Assembly: GCA_018238205.1 (NCBI GenBank)
Contig: JABCTV010000003.1
Span: 323 to 64,322 of the forward strand
Reading direction: 5' to 3'
DNA: 64,000 nucleotides
From: Candidatus Thorarchaeota archaeon
GTDB taxonomy: Archaea; Asgardarchaeota; Thorarchaeia; Thorarchaeales; Thorarchaeaceae
The notes below the pieces were generated by a model. The model saw nothing but the letters and a program-made list of their open reading frames with translations, was not told the DNA's origin and searched no databases. Within the stretch, counting starts at the first letter, position 1; every line of letters begins with the position of its first letter. A program made the translations under genes and the position numbers. Below, piece after piece: positions 45,569 through 53,949 of this stretch.

Positions 45569-46726
45569 ATGGATGCTGGCGATACAAACAAGATGATTAA
45601 ACACGTTTCTGACACTTTTTCAGACATTCTGGCTGAGCGAGGTCTTTTGGAGTCTGAGATATTTCCAACAAACGAGTATATCTCTGTGTCATGTTACCAC
45701 ACTTATGACCATCTCTATGATGTCATGAAACAGGTCTGGACTAAAATAACGCCAGAGGAGCTTGCGAAACAGAGCAAGACCCTTCTGTCTGAAGTCAACG
45801 CTCTCTCCATTACATATCTCTGGCTATATTATTCCCTTGGACGAATGGGAATAGTATTTGAGAAGTGTAAAGATGATCCGAAAAATGAACCCCAAGAAAA
45901 ACAGGATCAGTGGAAATGGATGTTGGAGCAATGGTATAAACTAGGTACAAACTACTTCAACACGGGAGAACCTACCGTTGCACAGTCTGGAGGGAAGAAT
46001 CTCGCCTTGGGAGATGACTCTTTGAATTGGTTGAAGGACAACCTCCAGCCAGTTAACGCAGATCAGGTGAAGAAGATTCGGCGTTCTCTAGGTCAGGTGG
46101 AGCTCTATGCATTCATGGATGAGTGTGAAGCTCGAGCCAAGTTGATAGATCATGGACCTTATCCAATCTCTAATGATGAGATACTTGTTATTTCAGAGTT
46201 CACTAGACTACATGATGGGCAAGGAGACCTCTGGCTTCCTTGGTCTGATACTGAAACAAAGATACCTTCTGCTAAATTGGGTGTAGCCATGACTATCAAA
46301 GGAGCAACCGCTACATTCAATGATATTGGTACGATGACTATCGAGCCTGGTGACTACTCAGGTCTTGTCACAAATGTTGCAGCATATACAGAAAGGGGCT
46401 CTAAGATTGTATCTCTGGGACTCGATGAGTTACCATCTTATGCGGATGCTGCAGAAGCTTCACTCTCTGAGCTCTATATGAAGTTCGCAGAATGGGATAA
46501 GAAGAAACTCATGCTAGCAGGTGCTGTAGCCTACTGGCGGGGATATGCCCGATACACCGATAGAGTGGGCATCACAAACAAGATAGATTGGACCATCTCT
46601 CAGTCAGTGATTGATGAATATGTACCATTCTTCATGGATAACGATGCTGATCCAGCATTCCTTCGATTCGGTCGTTTTGACGAAGACATGGAAGAAGATC
46701 CTACTCTCTATTTACTACCCGAATAG
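45569..46726 (+). CDS. hypothetical protein
   Basis: 385-aa soluble ORF, divergent from the phosphotransferase pair. No motif recognised. Confidence 0.5.
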   Translation: MDAGDTNKMIKHVSDTFSDILAERGLLESEIFPTNEYISVSCYHTYDHLYDVMKQVWTKITPEELAKQSKTLLSEVNALSITYLWLYYSLGRMGIVFEKCKDDPKNEPQEKQDQWKWMLEQWYKLGTNYFNTGEPTVAQSGGKNLALGDDSLNWLKDNLQPVNADQVKKIRRSLGQVELYAFMDECEARAKLIDHGPYPISNDEILVISEFTRLHDGQGDLWLPWSDTETKIPSAKLGVAMTIKGATATFNDIGTMTIEPGDYSGLVTNVAAYTERGSKIVSLGLDELPSYADAAEASLSELYMKFAEWDKKKLMLAGAVAYWRGYARYTDRVGITNKIDWTISQSVIDEYVPFFMDNDADPAFLRFGRFDEDMEEDPTLYLLPE

Positions 46727-46738
46727 GAGTATTGTAGA

Positions 46739-47647
46739 ATGAAAGGCACATCACAACTCACAGAATCCGATGAGTATGCTCATACTGCTGATGAAAAACC
46801 TGATTGGCGCGAGAGTTACTATTTCAATTGGGTTGATCTTGATACTGGAATCTCTGGATTTTCTACAATTGGTTTACTCCCGAATACAAAGAAGAGAGAA
46901 TTTGTCTTTGCCCTCTTTTATGATAATGAACGTGAAGTCTATTTCCAAGAACCTGAAGGACCATTTTCCGATGATTTCTCGGAATCACTAACTGATGGCA
47001 CACTAACATACAAGTTGGTTGAACCGCTGAAAGAATGGCACATTATCTACAATGGAGATAAAATCAAGGCTGCCATTGTTTGGCCCGCAAGATTTCCTGC
47101 GTATGACTTTGGAAGTGGAAGTGGTACTTCTTGGGCTGGACACTTTGAGCAATCCGGAGCGCCTCACGGTACAATAGAATTTCCAGATGGAAAGATTGTA
47201 AAATTCAAGGGATATGGTGAACGCGATAAGAGCTGGGGATCTCGAAACTGGCACATAGAGAGCTGGTTTGCTCTTCATGCCCAGTTTGATGATGTATCTA
47301 TTGGTCTTCGTCGTGATGAAGTCAAGGGTGCTATTCACTCCTCCGGAGGAATTAGTAATGCTGCTGGTCATGAATCAATCAAGAGCGTTGACGTTGCTAC
47401 AGAAACCCATCAAGAGTTTGGTATACCCGTAGGTGCCAAGACAAGAATTGTAGGAACTGATGGTTCTGTCTATAATCTCCGTTCCAAGTTAATCACACCT
47501 AAGAGCTTTGTTCGATTTGCGCGTGAGTTTCCCGGAGGTACTACTGAGCTTTACGAGGGTATGGCAATTCATACCTGTAAGGAACTGGAAAATACTGGTA
47601 CGGGTCTCATTGAATGGCTATTTACCCATCCAGAGAAAAAGAAGTAG
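46739..47647 (+). CDS. hypothetical protein, CrtC/AttH-like (lipocalin-like hydratase fold) candidate
   Basis: WRESYYFNWVD near the N-terminus and GYGERDKSWGSRNW mid-protein resemble the hydroxyneurosporene-synthase/AttH-like superfamily pattern. Recalled from memory and not verified. Confidence 0.45.
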   Translation: MKGTSQLTESDEYAHTADEKPDWRESYYFNWVDLDTGISGFSTIGLLPNTKKREFVFALFYDNEREVYFQEPEGPFSDDFSESLTDGTLTYKLVEPLKEWHIIYNGDKIKAAIVWPARFPAYDFGSGSGTSWAGHFEQSGAPHGTIEFPDGKIVKFKGYGERDKSWGSRNWHIESWFALHAQFDDVSIGLRRDEVKGAIHSSGGISNAAGHESIKSVDVATETHQEFGIPVGAKTRIVGTDGSVYNLRSKLITPKSFVRFAREFPGGTTELYEGMAIHTCKELENTGTGLIEWLFTHPEKKK

Positions 47648-47649
47648 GA

Positions 47650-47669
47650 ACGGGTCACTAAAGACCCGT
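47650..47669. terminator. perfect 7-bp hairpin between convergent genes
   Basis: ACGGGTC-ACTAAA-GACCCGT lies in the 38-nt gap between 46739..47647 (+) and 47686..49413 (-). Confidence 0.35.
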
Positions 47670-47685
47670 CACCTTTCAAAGTGGT

Positions 47686-49413
47686 TTATCCTCTAAATGA
47701 TAGAATAGATGCTAGAAGCCATGCACATAGTAATGCATTGACCATTGCACCCAACCATCGATTACCAGTCACACGATATGCAAACATGGTAATCACTGTG
47801 CATACTGCAAACCACGGAGTGAATGCATAGAAGAACAACCACGAGAAACCGATTAAACCGGGTACTAGAGTTGCTCCTGCTAGGAATCCACCTACAAATT
47901 CGAATACTATCAGAGCAATATATGGAACTGTTTTGATAAAGACTGCTTTCGCAGTTATATTCATCTGACTATTGAACCATGTTCCTGAGCTTTTCTGTAG
48001 CATCGGACCTGTTAACCATGCTCCTTCCACTATGAAATAAAATAGAAACACACCAAAATAGAGAGGCACAATTGTTGCTTGAGCTATGGTAAGATCATGC
48101 AACCCAGGTAGGAAACACCGTAAGTCTGCTATGAACCCTAAATCTGCCAAGAGTGCGAGTACATACAGCCATGCGAATATAACGAGTGATAAAATGAGGG
48201 TCTTGACCCATGTCAGGTAGGTCTTATTATTTCCAAATCCTAGTAATCCTCGCATTGTCAAACTAGGCGTGTCTGATTGACCTTGTTTTCTAAAACGCAA
48301 AATTAGAAAGAGTACTATGAGTGCAACGAGTGCACTACCTGTCATCCATGTCATAACTGATAATCCATAGGATTGTGGGAAGGGAATCATGTATGATGCA
48401 AGTAACCCTATAGCGAGTAATGGGAAGAAGGTTCCCGCACCAATCAAAGCATAGATCGTTCCATTTGTCAATAATGATTTTGTATCACCTGCATGTTCAT
48501 CCAAAGGTGTTCCTTTCACATCAGCAAAGAGTGGAGTTTCAATCAGAATCAAAATCATTGGAAATACTGTGAGTAATGCTCCCATTAGTCCTGCGAGTCC
48601 ACCAAATAACCAAAGAGAATAGTTGAGACTAGTACTTGCAATCCAATGCTCATCTTCAACTCCTCCCTTCAGACTATTCTTCATCCAATCAATGCTCTCA
48701 CTCACTATAGTCGGATCAATTGTTTCAAAGAGGTGGTTTGTACTTGGAAAGATAGCCCTTCTTGCAGTGTTGTTGATGAAATCACCATATGTTGTGTCAG
48801 GAACTACTCCTGTTACATTGAAGTACGGATCAAGTTTGGTATAGTTGTGAGGATAACTGGAGAGTGAATCAAAATTACCTGTGGCCAAGAGGGTATTTGG
48901 AGTATAGGATGCATCAGACCTAAACCCAGCACCAACAAGAACTAATGCTCTTACATAGACACTGGAATCCTCAATTGCACTCCACGAAATTCCTCCTCCC
49001 ATACTATGTCCTATCAATCCAATCTGTGAACTATCGACATAATCTAGGGAGGCAATGTAATCCAATGCAGCGGTGCCACTTCCTGAACCCGGATCCGAGT
49101 TTCCATGTCCATTAGCATCGATTGTGAGTACTACAAATCCTCGTCTTGCTAATTCAATACCAAATGCCATCAACCACTCCTTGTTCTGAAGCGAACCATG
49201 GATAACAACCACACCGGGAAGTGGGTCTGCATTGGTAGCGTAAGTAGGTCGTTGTAAAGTACTGTGAATCAAAGAACCATCTGCAGCCTGGAAATCGACT
49301 TCTGTTACGTTAACAATTCCAAAGCCACTCTGAGTACTTGCCGCCAGAGTTACTCCTGATAACATTACAATTAGACCGAGAATCAGCACAATATATCGTC
49401 TTTTTAGTGTCAA
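47686..49413 (-). CDS. alpha/beta-hydrolase domain fused to a C-terminal polytopic membrane domain
   Basis: N-terminal signal anchor. Nucleophile elbow GHSMGG. About 280 aa of hydrolase fold are followed by ~8 hydrophobic helices. Confidence 0.65.
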   Translation of the reverse strand: MTLKRRYIVLILGLIVMLSGVTLAASTQSGFGIVNVTEVDFQAADGSLIHSTLQRPTYATNADPLPGVVVIHGSLQNKEWLMAFGIELARRGFVVLTIDANGHGNSDPGSGSGTAALDYIASLDYVDSSQIGLIGHSMGGGISWSAIEDSSVYVRALVLVGAGFRSDASYTPNTLLATGNFDSLSSYPHNYTKLDPYFNVTGVVPDTTYGDFINNTARRAIFPSTNHLFETIDPTIVSESIDWMKNSLKGGVEDEHWIASTSLNYSLWLFGGLAGLMGALLTVFPMILILIETPLFADVKGTPLDEHAGDTKSLLTNGTIYALIGAGTFFPLLAIGLLASYMIPFPQSYGLSVMTWMTGSALVALIVLFLILRFRKQGQSDTPSLTMRGLLGFGNNKTYLTWVKTLILSLVIFAWLYVLALLADLGFIADLRCFLPGLHDLTIAQATIVPLYFGVFLFYFIVEGAWLTGPMLQKSSGTWFNSQMNITAKAVFIKTVPYIALIVFEFVGGFLAGATLVPGLIGFSWLFFYAFTPWFAVCTVITMFAYRVTGNRWLGAMVNALLCAWLLASILSFRG

Positions 49414-49527
49414 TGAGGTTTCTCTCCCAATATCTGTGAAAACTTGACTAACTTCCCCAGTCTTTTATTTCTCCCTATATTTTGAAAATTAACAAAATCC
49501 ATATCTGGTTCATAATTGTGAAGAGGT

Positions 49528-50160
49528 ATGCCTGACTGGGAAAAAATCTTCGAAGAAAAGGGGCATATCTTTGTAAATTCCCATCCAGATATGTCACGAC
49601 TAAATAGTATATTCAAAAATGAAGATGTAAAAAGAATCCTCGATTTAGGATGTGGAACTGGAAGACACCTCGTGCACTTTTCCAGAGAAGGCTTCGAGGT
49701 ATCCGGTTTTGATGCCTCCAAAACAGCACTTGATTTAGCAGTAAAATGGTTGAAGGATGAAGAACTCGATGCAGATGTCCGTCTAAACAGGATGGAGGAA
49801 CCATTCCCATATCCTGATGATTTCTTTGATGCTGTGATTTCAATTCAGACCATCCATCATAATCTAATGCAAGATATTCTTACTACTGTTAGAGAAGTTG
49901 AACGAGTCTTGAAGATTGGAGGATATCTTTTCATTACGGTACCAATTCTTGGTCCGAAACCGGAAAACCCAGAAGATGATTGGAAACTGCATCAGGTAGA
50001 GGATGGAACGTTCATTCCACAAAGTGGACCTGAGAGTGGTATCCCACACCATTATTTCACTGAAGACGAATTACTTGAAGTGTTCAGAAATTTCAAGACA
50101 CTTGAGATGTACAAGGATATCACAAATCATCGGTGCCTGTTGGGAATTCGGAAATATTAG
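49528..50160 (+). CDS. class I SAM-dependent methyltransferase
   Basis: Motif I ILDLGCGTGRH, followed by GFD and an acidic post-II region. Confidence 0.8.
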   Translation: MPDWEKIFEEKGHIFVNSHPDMSRLNSIFKNEDVKRILDLGCGTGRHLVHFSREGFEVSGFDASKTALDLAVKWLKDEELDADVRLNRMEEPFPYPDDFFDAVISIQTIHHNLMQDILTTVREVERVLKIGGYLFITVPILGPKPENPEDDWKLHQVEDGTFIPQSGPESGIPHHYFTEDELLEVFRNFKTLEMYKDITNHRCLLGIRKY

Positions 50161-50166
50161 GCTGTA

Positions 50167-51354
50167 CTATTTTTCTAAACCGAAAACAGGAAAGATGAGT
50201 TCCTTTACTTTGTTTATTGCATCATCTACAGCTCGCTTGACCTTTGGGTGGTTTTCATCATCCATTCTCCTCGGCCTATCTGTCCATCCGCCTCTGCTTA
50301 CCTTGAAACCATACTTTTGAGCAAGTCGAATCCACTCTGCTGGTAGTATCGGAGGAAGTGCAATATCCGCCAAATCTGTAAGAACAATAGTCCAGACTTT
50401 AGCAGCAGTTACAGGATCGTATCCACCACCACCCACTGCAACTAGTTTCCTATTTCCTAAGTGTACAAGTTGTCGAATTGTCATGGATAATCGGTGATAT
50501 GTATCATAGGTGAGCATAAGGTCTGCTAAAGGATCATCCATGTGAGCATCTGCGCCTACTTCCCAGAAAACAAAGTCTGGTTTGTAAGATAACCAGATTG
50601 GAACTACCACATCTTCGAAAGCTCTCCAATACTCTACATCATCGGTCAGTGGTGGTAATGGGATATTAACAGAGTATCCTTTTCCTTCACCAATCCCGAT
50701 CTCTTCAACTCTACCTGTTCCAGGGAAGAATCCCATACTCATCTCGTGAAGGGATATTGTGAGAACATCAGGATCGTCATAGAATGCCATCTGAGTTCCG
50801 TCTCCGTGATGAACATCAGTGTCGATATATAGCACCTTTTTACCAGGATTGAGTTCTTTGAACTTCTTGATAGCAATTACAGTATCGTTTAGATAGCAAA
50901 AACCTGCTGCTTGGCTCTCCGTTGCATGATGAAAACCCCCAGCAAAGGAAATTGCATTTTTGAATTTGCCTTCTGAAACACCTATTGTTGCATCAATAAC
51001 TCCGCCTACTGGAAGACTGGCATACTTGTGAACGTCTTGGAATATTGGACATTCAGCTGTATCAAGACCAAATCTAGCAGAGAACGCCGAGCCTGTATTT
51101 CCAAAGAGATCTAGTGTTTCGACGTATGACTTGTCATGGAATACCAATAACTCGTTTCGTGAGGCTTCCCTCATTTGTTGAATTGAAATTCTACTGTTCT
51201 TGGTCAATCCTGACATTACTGGAAGGCTCCATGTCACATCCAAGCGAGCCCTGTTCCAGAATGGATTGACTTCTGCGCTCATTTTATCTAACTCATCTAT
51301 TCCATCCATGGCTAGAAGTTTTTCAAGACTATAGAGGGCAGTCAATTCAGTCAA
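50167..51354 (-). CDS. histone deacetylase / acetoin-utilisation AcuC family (zinc-dependent lysine deacetylase)
   Basis: GGFHHA, YIDTDVHHGDGTQMAFYDDPDVLTISLH and GGGGY motifs. Confidence 0.85.
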   Translation of the reverse strand: MTELTALYSLEKLLAMDGIDELDKMSAEVNPFWNRARLDVTWSLPVMSGLTKNSRISIQQMREASRNELLVFHDKSYVETLDLFGNTGSAFSARFGLDTAECPIFQDVHKYASLPVGGVIDATIGVSEGKFKNAISFAGGFHHATESQAAGFCYLNDTVIAIKKFKELNPGKKVLYIDTDVHHGDGTQMAFYDDPDVLTISLHEMSMGFFPGTGRVEEIGIGEGKGYSVNIPLPPLTDDVEYWRAFEDVVVPIWLSYKPDFVFWEVGADAHMDDPLADLMLTYDTYHRLSMTIRQLVHLGNRKLVAVGGGGYDPVTAAKVWTIVLTDLADIALPPILPAEWIRLAQKYGFKVSRGGWTDRPRRMDDENHPKVKRAVDDAINKVKELIFPVFGLEK

Positions 51355-51471
51355 TCAATTTCCACCTTGCGCACAAAGACGCAGTACTTCTCCATACTGA
51401 AGTCTACTTATGTCTGATGGCATATCCTCTTCGAAAGCCTCATTATCATCAATGAGAGTTAGAGAAGTGCC

Positions 51472-52500
51472 ATGTCTAAGTTTGATTTACTAAAAGAAAC
51501 CCTACTTGGAAATCTCGGAGACCAAATACCTCTCTCCCTCTGGAAGCATCATCCAGATAGAGATAGAACTCCCGAGGGTCTTGCTGAGGCTGAAATTGAG
51601 TTTCATAAGAAAATGAACCACGATCTTCTCAAGATTTCATTCTTTGGTCATTACCCGTGCCCAGACTTCGGTTGTACCGCAGAGTATGATGGTGCGATTA
51701 CAGGTTCCACTTCTATGACATCCTATCCTATTCATGATGCATCTGGATGGGAAGTGCTAGAACCAGTCGATGTGAATGCTGGAGAGTTTGGAAATCAGGT
51801 TCGTGCAGTGGAACTAATTAAAAAGTACGCTCATGGAACAGTGCCTACTATGGCCACAATTTTCGATGGTCCTATGGTTGCAGATAGATTGTGTGGTCGC
51901 GAGTTCATAAAGTATGCAGATGAAAGCCCAAAGATATTGAAGAGTGCGCTTGATTTAATTACCAATGTAATGATTGATTTTGCTAGGACAACACTTGAAG
52001 CTGGAGCTGATGGTCTATTTCTTGCATCACAACATTCTACACATTCATCCATCTCTGATGACTATTACAAGGAATTCATCTATCCTTATGACCTCAAATT
52101 AATATCCAGACTGCGTGGAAAAGCCAAGTTCATTATGATTCATCTTCATGCTCGTGAAGAGAATGAAGAAATTCGGTTTGATAAGATTGCTAAGACACCT
52201 GGTGTAGATGGTATCAATTGGGAGGATCAGAGCTCAGCTCTATCACTGAAAGAAGGTAAACAACGATCACGTATCACTGCATTGGGTGGAATTGATCACA
52301 ACGGAGTGTTGAGAACAGGTACTCCTGATGAGGCAAGAGATCAAATCATGAAGGCTGTTGATGAAGCCGGTTTCAAACGTCTAATTGTAGCTCCTGGTTG
52401 TGTTGTCACAGTTGACACCCCTCCAGAGAACTTAGTGGCTGTGAGAGATGCTGTTCGTGAGATTGACCCATACAAGGATGAATTGGATTTAAACAAATAA
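51472..52500 (+). CDS. uroporphyrinogen decarboxylase (URO-D) family protein, MtaA/CmuA-like
   Basis: Length and segments (PLSLWKHHP, GADGLFLASQ, IHLHA, APGCVV) fit the URO-D TIM-barrel family. The specific function cannot be determined. Confidence 0.65.
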   Translation: MSKFDLLKETLLGNLGDQIPLSLWKHHPDRDRTPEGLAEAEIEFHKKMNHDLLKISFFGHYPCPDFGCTAEYDGAITGSTSMTSYPIHDASGWEVLEPVDVNAGEFGNQVRAVELIKKYAHGTVPTMATIFDGPMVADRLCGREFIKYADESPKILKSALDLITNVMIDFARTTLEAGADGLFLASQHSTHSSISDDYYKEFIYPYDLKLISRLRGKAKFIMIHLHAREENEEIRFDKIAKTPGVDGINWEDQSSALSLKEGKQRSRITALGGIDHNGVLRTGTPDEARDQIMKAVDEAGFKRLIVAPGCVVTVDTPPENLVAVRDAVREIDPYKDELDLNK

Positions 52501-52542
52501 CTAAGAATATCGAAGTAACCGATGTTGAGTCTAATAGAAAAA

Positions 52543-52664
52543 TGGTGCCGAGGACGAGATTCGAACTCGTGAACTCCTACAAGAGTGGATTTCTCATGGG
52601 AGTCAAGCCATCAGCTTGAAGGATCTTGAGTCCACCGCCGTTGACCGGGCTTGGCTACCTCGGC
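52543..52664 (-). tRNA. tRNA-Leu(CAA) with canonical 37/38 intron (~52591-52624), CCA encoded
   Basis: Hand-folded on the minus strand. Acceptor GCCGAGG/CCTCGGC. Anticodon arm GTGGA-CTCAAG[34-nt intron]A-TCCAC. Long variable arm. T arm ACGAG-TTCGAAT-CTCGT. Discriminator A followed by CCA. Confidence 0.85.
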
Positions 52665-52712
52665 TTGAGTAATAAAATCAGAATAACTGCTGGTTTTAAC
52701 AATTTCCGTGGA

Positions 52713-53015
52713 TTACTTAGTTGTTCCTGTTTCTTCCAGATGAGGTTTCATACTATCGTAAAAATCTGCAATTATCTTGGATTTGGGGTCTTCTGTTTCT
52801 AGAATGAACAAGCGAATCTGTTGTCCTACTTTTATCTCTTTGACAATTCCCATGTCTACAAGTGGCTGCATGACACGATGAATGGTTGAATGAGCCAGTC
52901 CTGTTTCTTTAGCTACTCTACTCAGATTGAAAAAGTCCTTTGGACGGTCCAAGAAGTGCTGGATAACACGGGTCTGAGCACGGGAAGCGAATACTCTCTC
53001 AAGCAATTTTTTCAT
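52713..53015 (-). CDS. small winged-helix (ArsR/MarR-like) DNA-binding protein
   Basis: The segment FFNLSRVAKETGLAHSTIHRVMQPLVDMGIVKE is an HTH-plus-wing pattern. 100 aa. Confidence 0.55.
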   Translation of the reverse strand: MKKLLERVFASRAQTRVIQHFLDRPKDFFNLSRVAKETGLAHSTIHRVMQPLVDMGIVKEIKVGQQIRLFILETEDPKSKIIADFYDSMKPHLEETGTTK

Positions 53016-53027
53016 CTTTAGTTCACC

Positions 53028-53717
53028 TTAATCATTATGGACAATACGTGTCCCGATATTCTCACTAAGAAAGATACGTGTAAGATTGTCAGGGTTTCTA
53101 CCATCAAATATGACCGTGGGTATCTTTGAGCGTTCTACGACTCTGATAGCTACAGAATCAAAGAGCTTGTACTCACCAGCCTTAGTACCACCGCCAGAGA
53201 GTACCTTCTTCAATTCGACTATGGTAATTGTGTCGAATCGTTTAGCACCTGATTCTTTTGGATCGCGGTCATAGACTCCATCGACATTTGTTGCGTTGAA
53301 CAGGGTTTCTGCATTTACTGTTTCAGCGGCAAGTGCTGCAACTGCATTGGTAGATTGACCAGGTATCAAGCCTCCCATCAGCACTACTTTTCCAAGTTTC
53401 ACAGCGACTTCTAGTTCATCTAGAGTTTCTACAATCTTTGGATACGCAATGTCACCAAGACCTGCACACAATAGTTCTGCATTGTTTCTGGCTAGTTTAA
53501 TTCCTAACCAATCACACTGTGCTTCACTTGCTCCTAGATCTCTAGCAGCAGAAATGAATACTCTAGCAGGTATTCCTCCGCCCACAACAACAACTAGCGA
53601 ATGTCCATCCTTAACTAGGGACTTTATAGCAACAGCATAGTTTCTCACCTTTTCGACAAGAATATTGCCGTCCTTATCATAGAGGAGAGAACCTCCTATC
53701 TTCAACACTGCTCTCAT
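53028..53717 (-). CDS. pyrH: uridylate (UMP) kinase, archaeal type
   Basis: MRAVLKIGGSLL, VVVGGG, NVDGVYDRDP and the ~229-aa length fit the amino-acid-kinase fold of archaeal PyrH. Confidence 0.9.
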   Translation of the reverse strand: MRAVLKIGGSLLYDKDGNILVEKVRNYAVAIKSLVKDGHSLVVVVGGGIPARVFISAARDLGASEAQCDWLGIKLARNNAELLCAGLGDIAYPKIVETLDELEVAVKLGKVVLMGGLIPGQSTNAVAALAAETVNAETLFNATNVDGVYDRDPKESGAKRFDTITIVELKKVLSGGGTKAGEYKLFDSVAIRVVERSKIPTVIFDGRNPDNLTRIFLSENIGTRIVHND

Positions 53718-53949
53718 ATAGAGTCCTCACTAAGCTAAGCAAGTACTGCTTCATCTCGTTGTTAAAGAAGCTTTCTTGAATAGACCAGTTTGCCGAAATT
53801 TCGAATACAATAACACGGCTTTGGTCACTCTATCGCGCCAAATCCTCCTATTTTGTCCATGCAGTCTGCTGATGGATAATCAAAACTGACCAAAGGCCTT
53901 TTAGGCTATGCACAATCAACGAGCCTGAGCGGCGAGTGAGTGCCGACCC

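Noticed and set aside
53868-53940. Possible C/D-box sRNA (CTGATGG ... CTGA ... CCTGA) in the pyrH/valS intergenic region
   Set aside because: The C box is imperfect (TGATGG rather than TGATGA, preceded by a pyrimidine). I could not find a convincing C' box or terminal stem. This is too weak to call without a covariance or target search.
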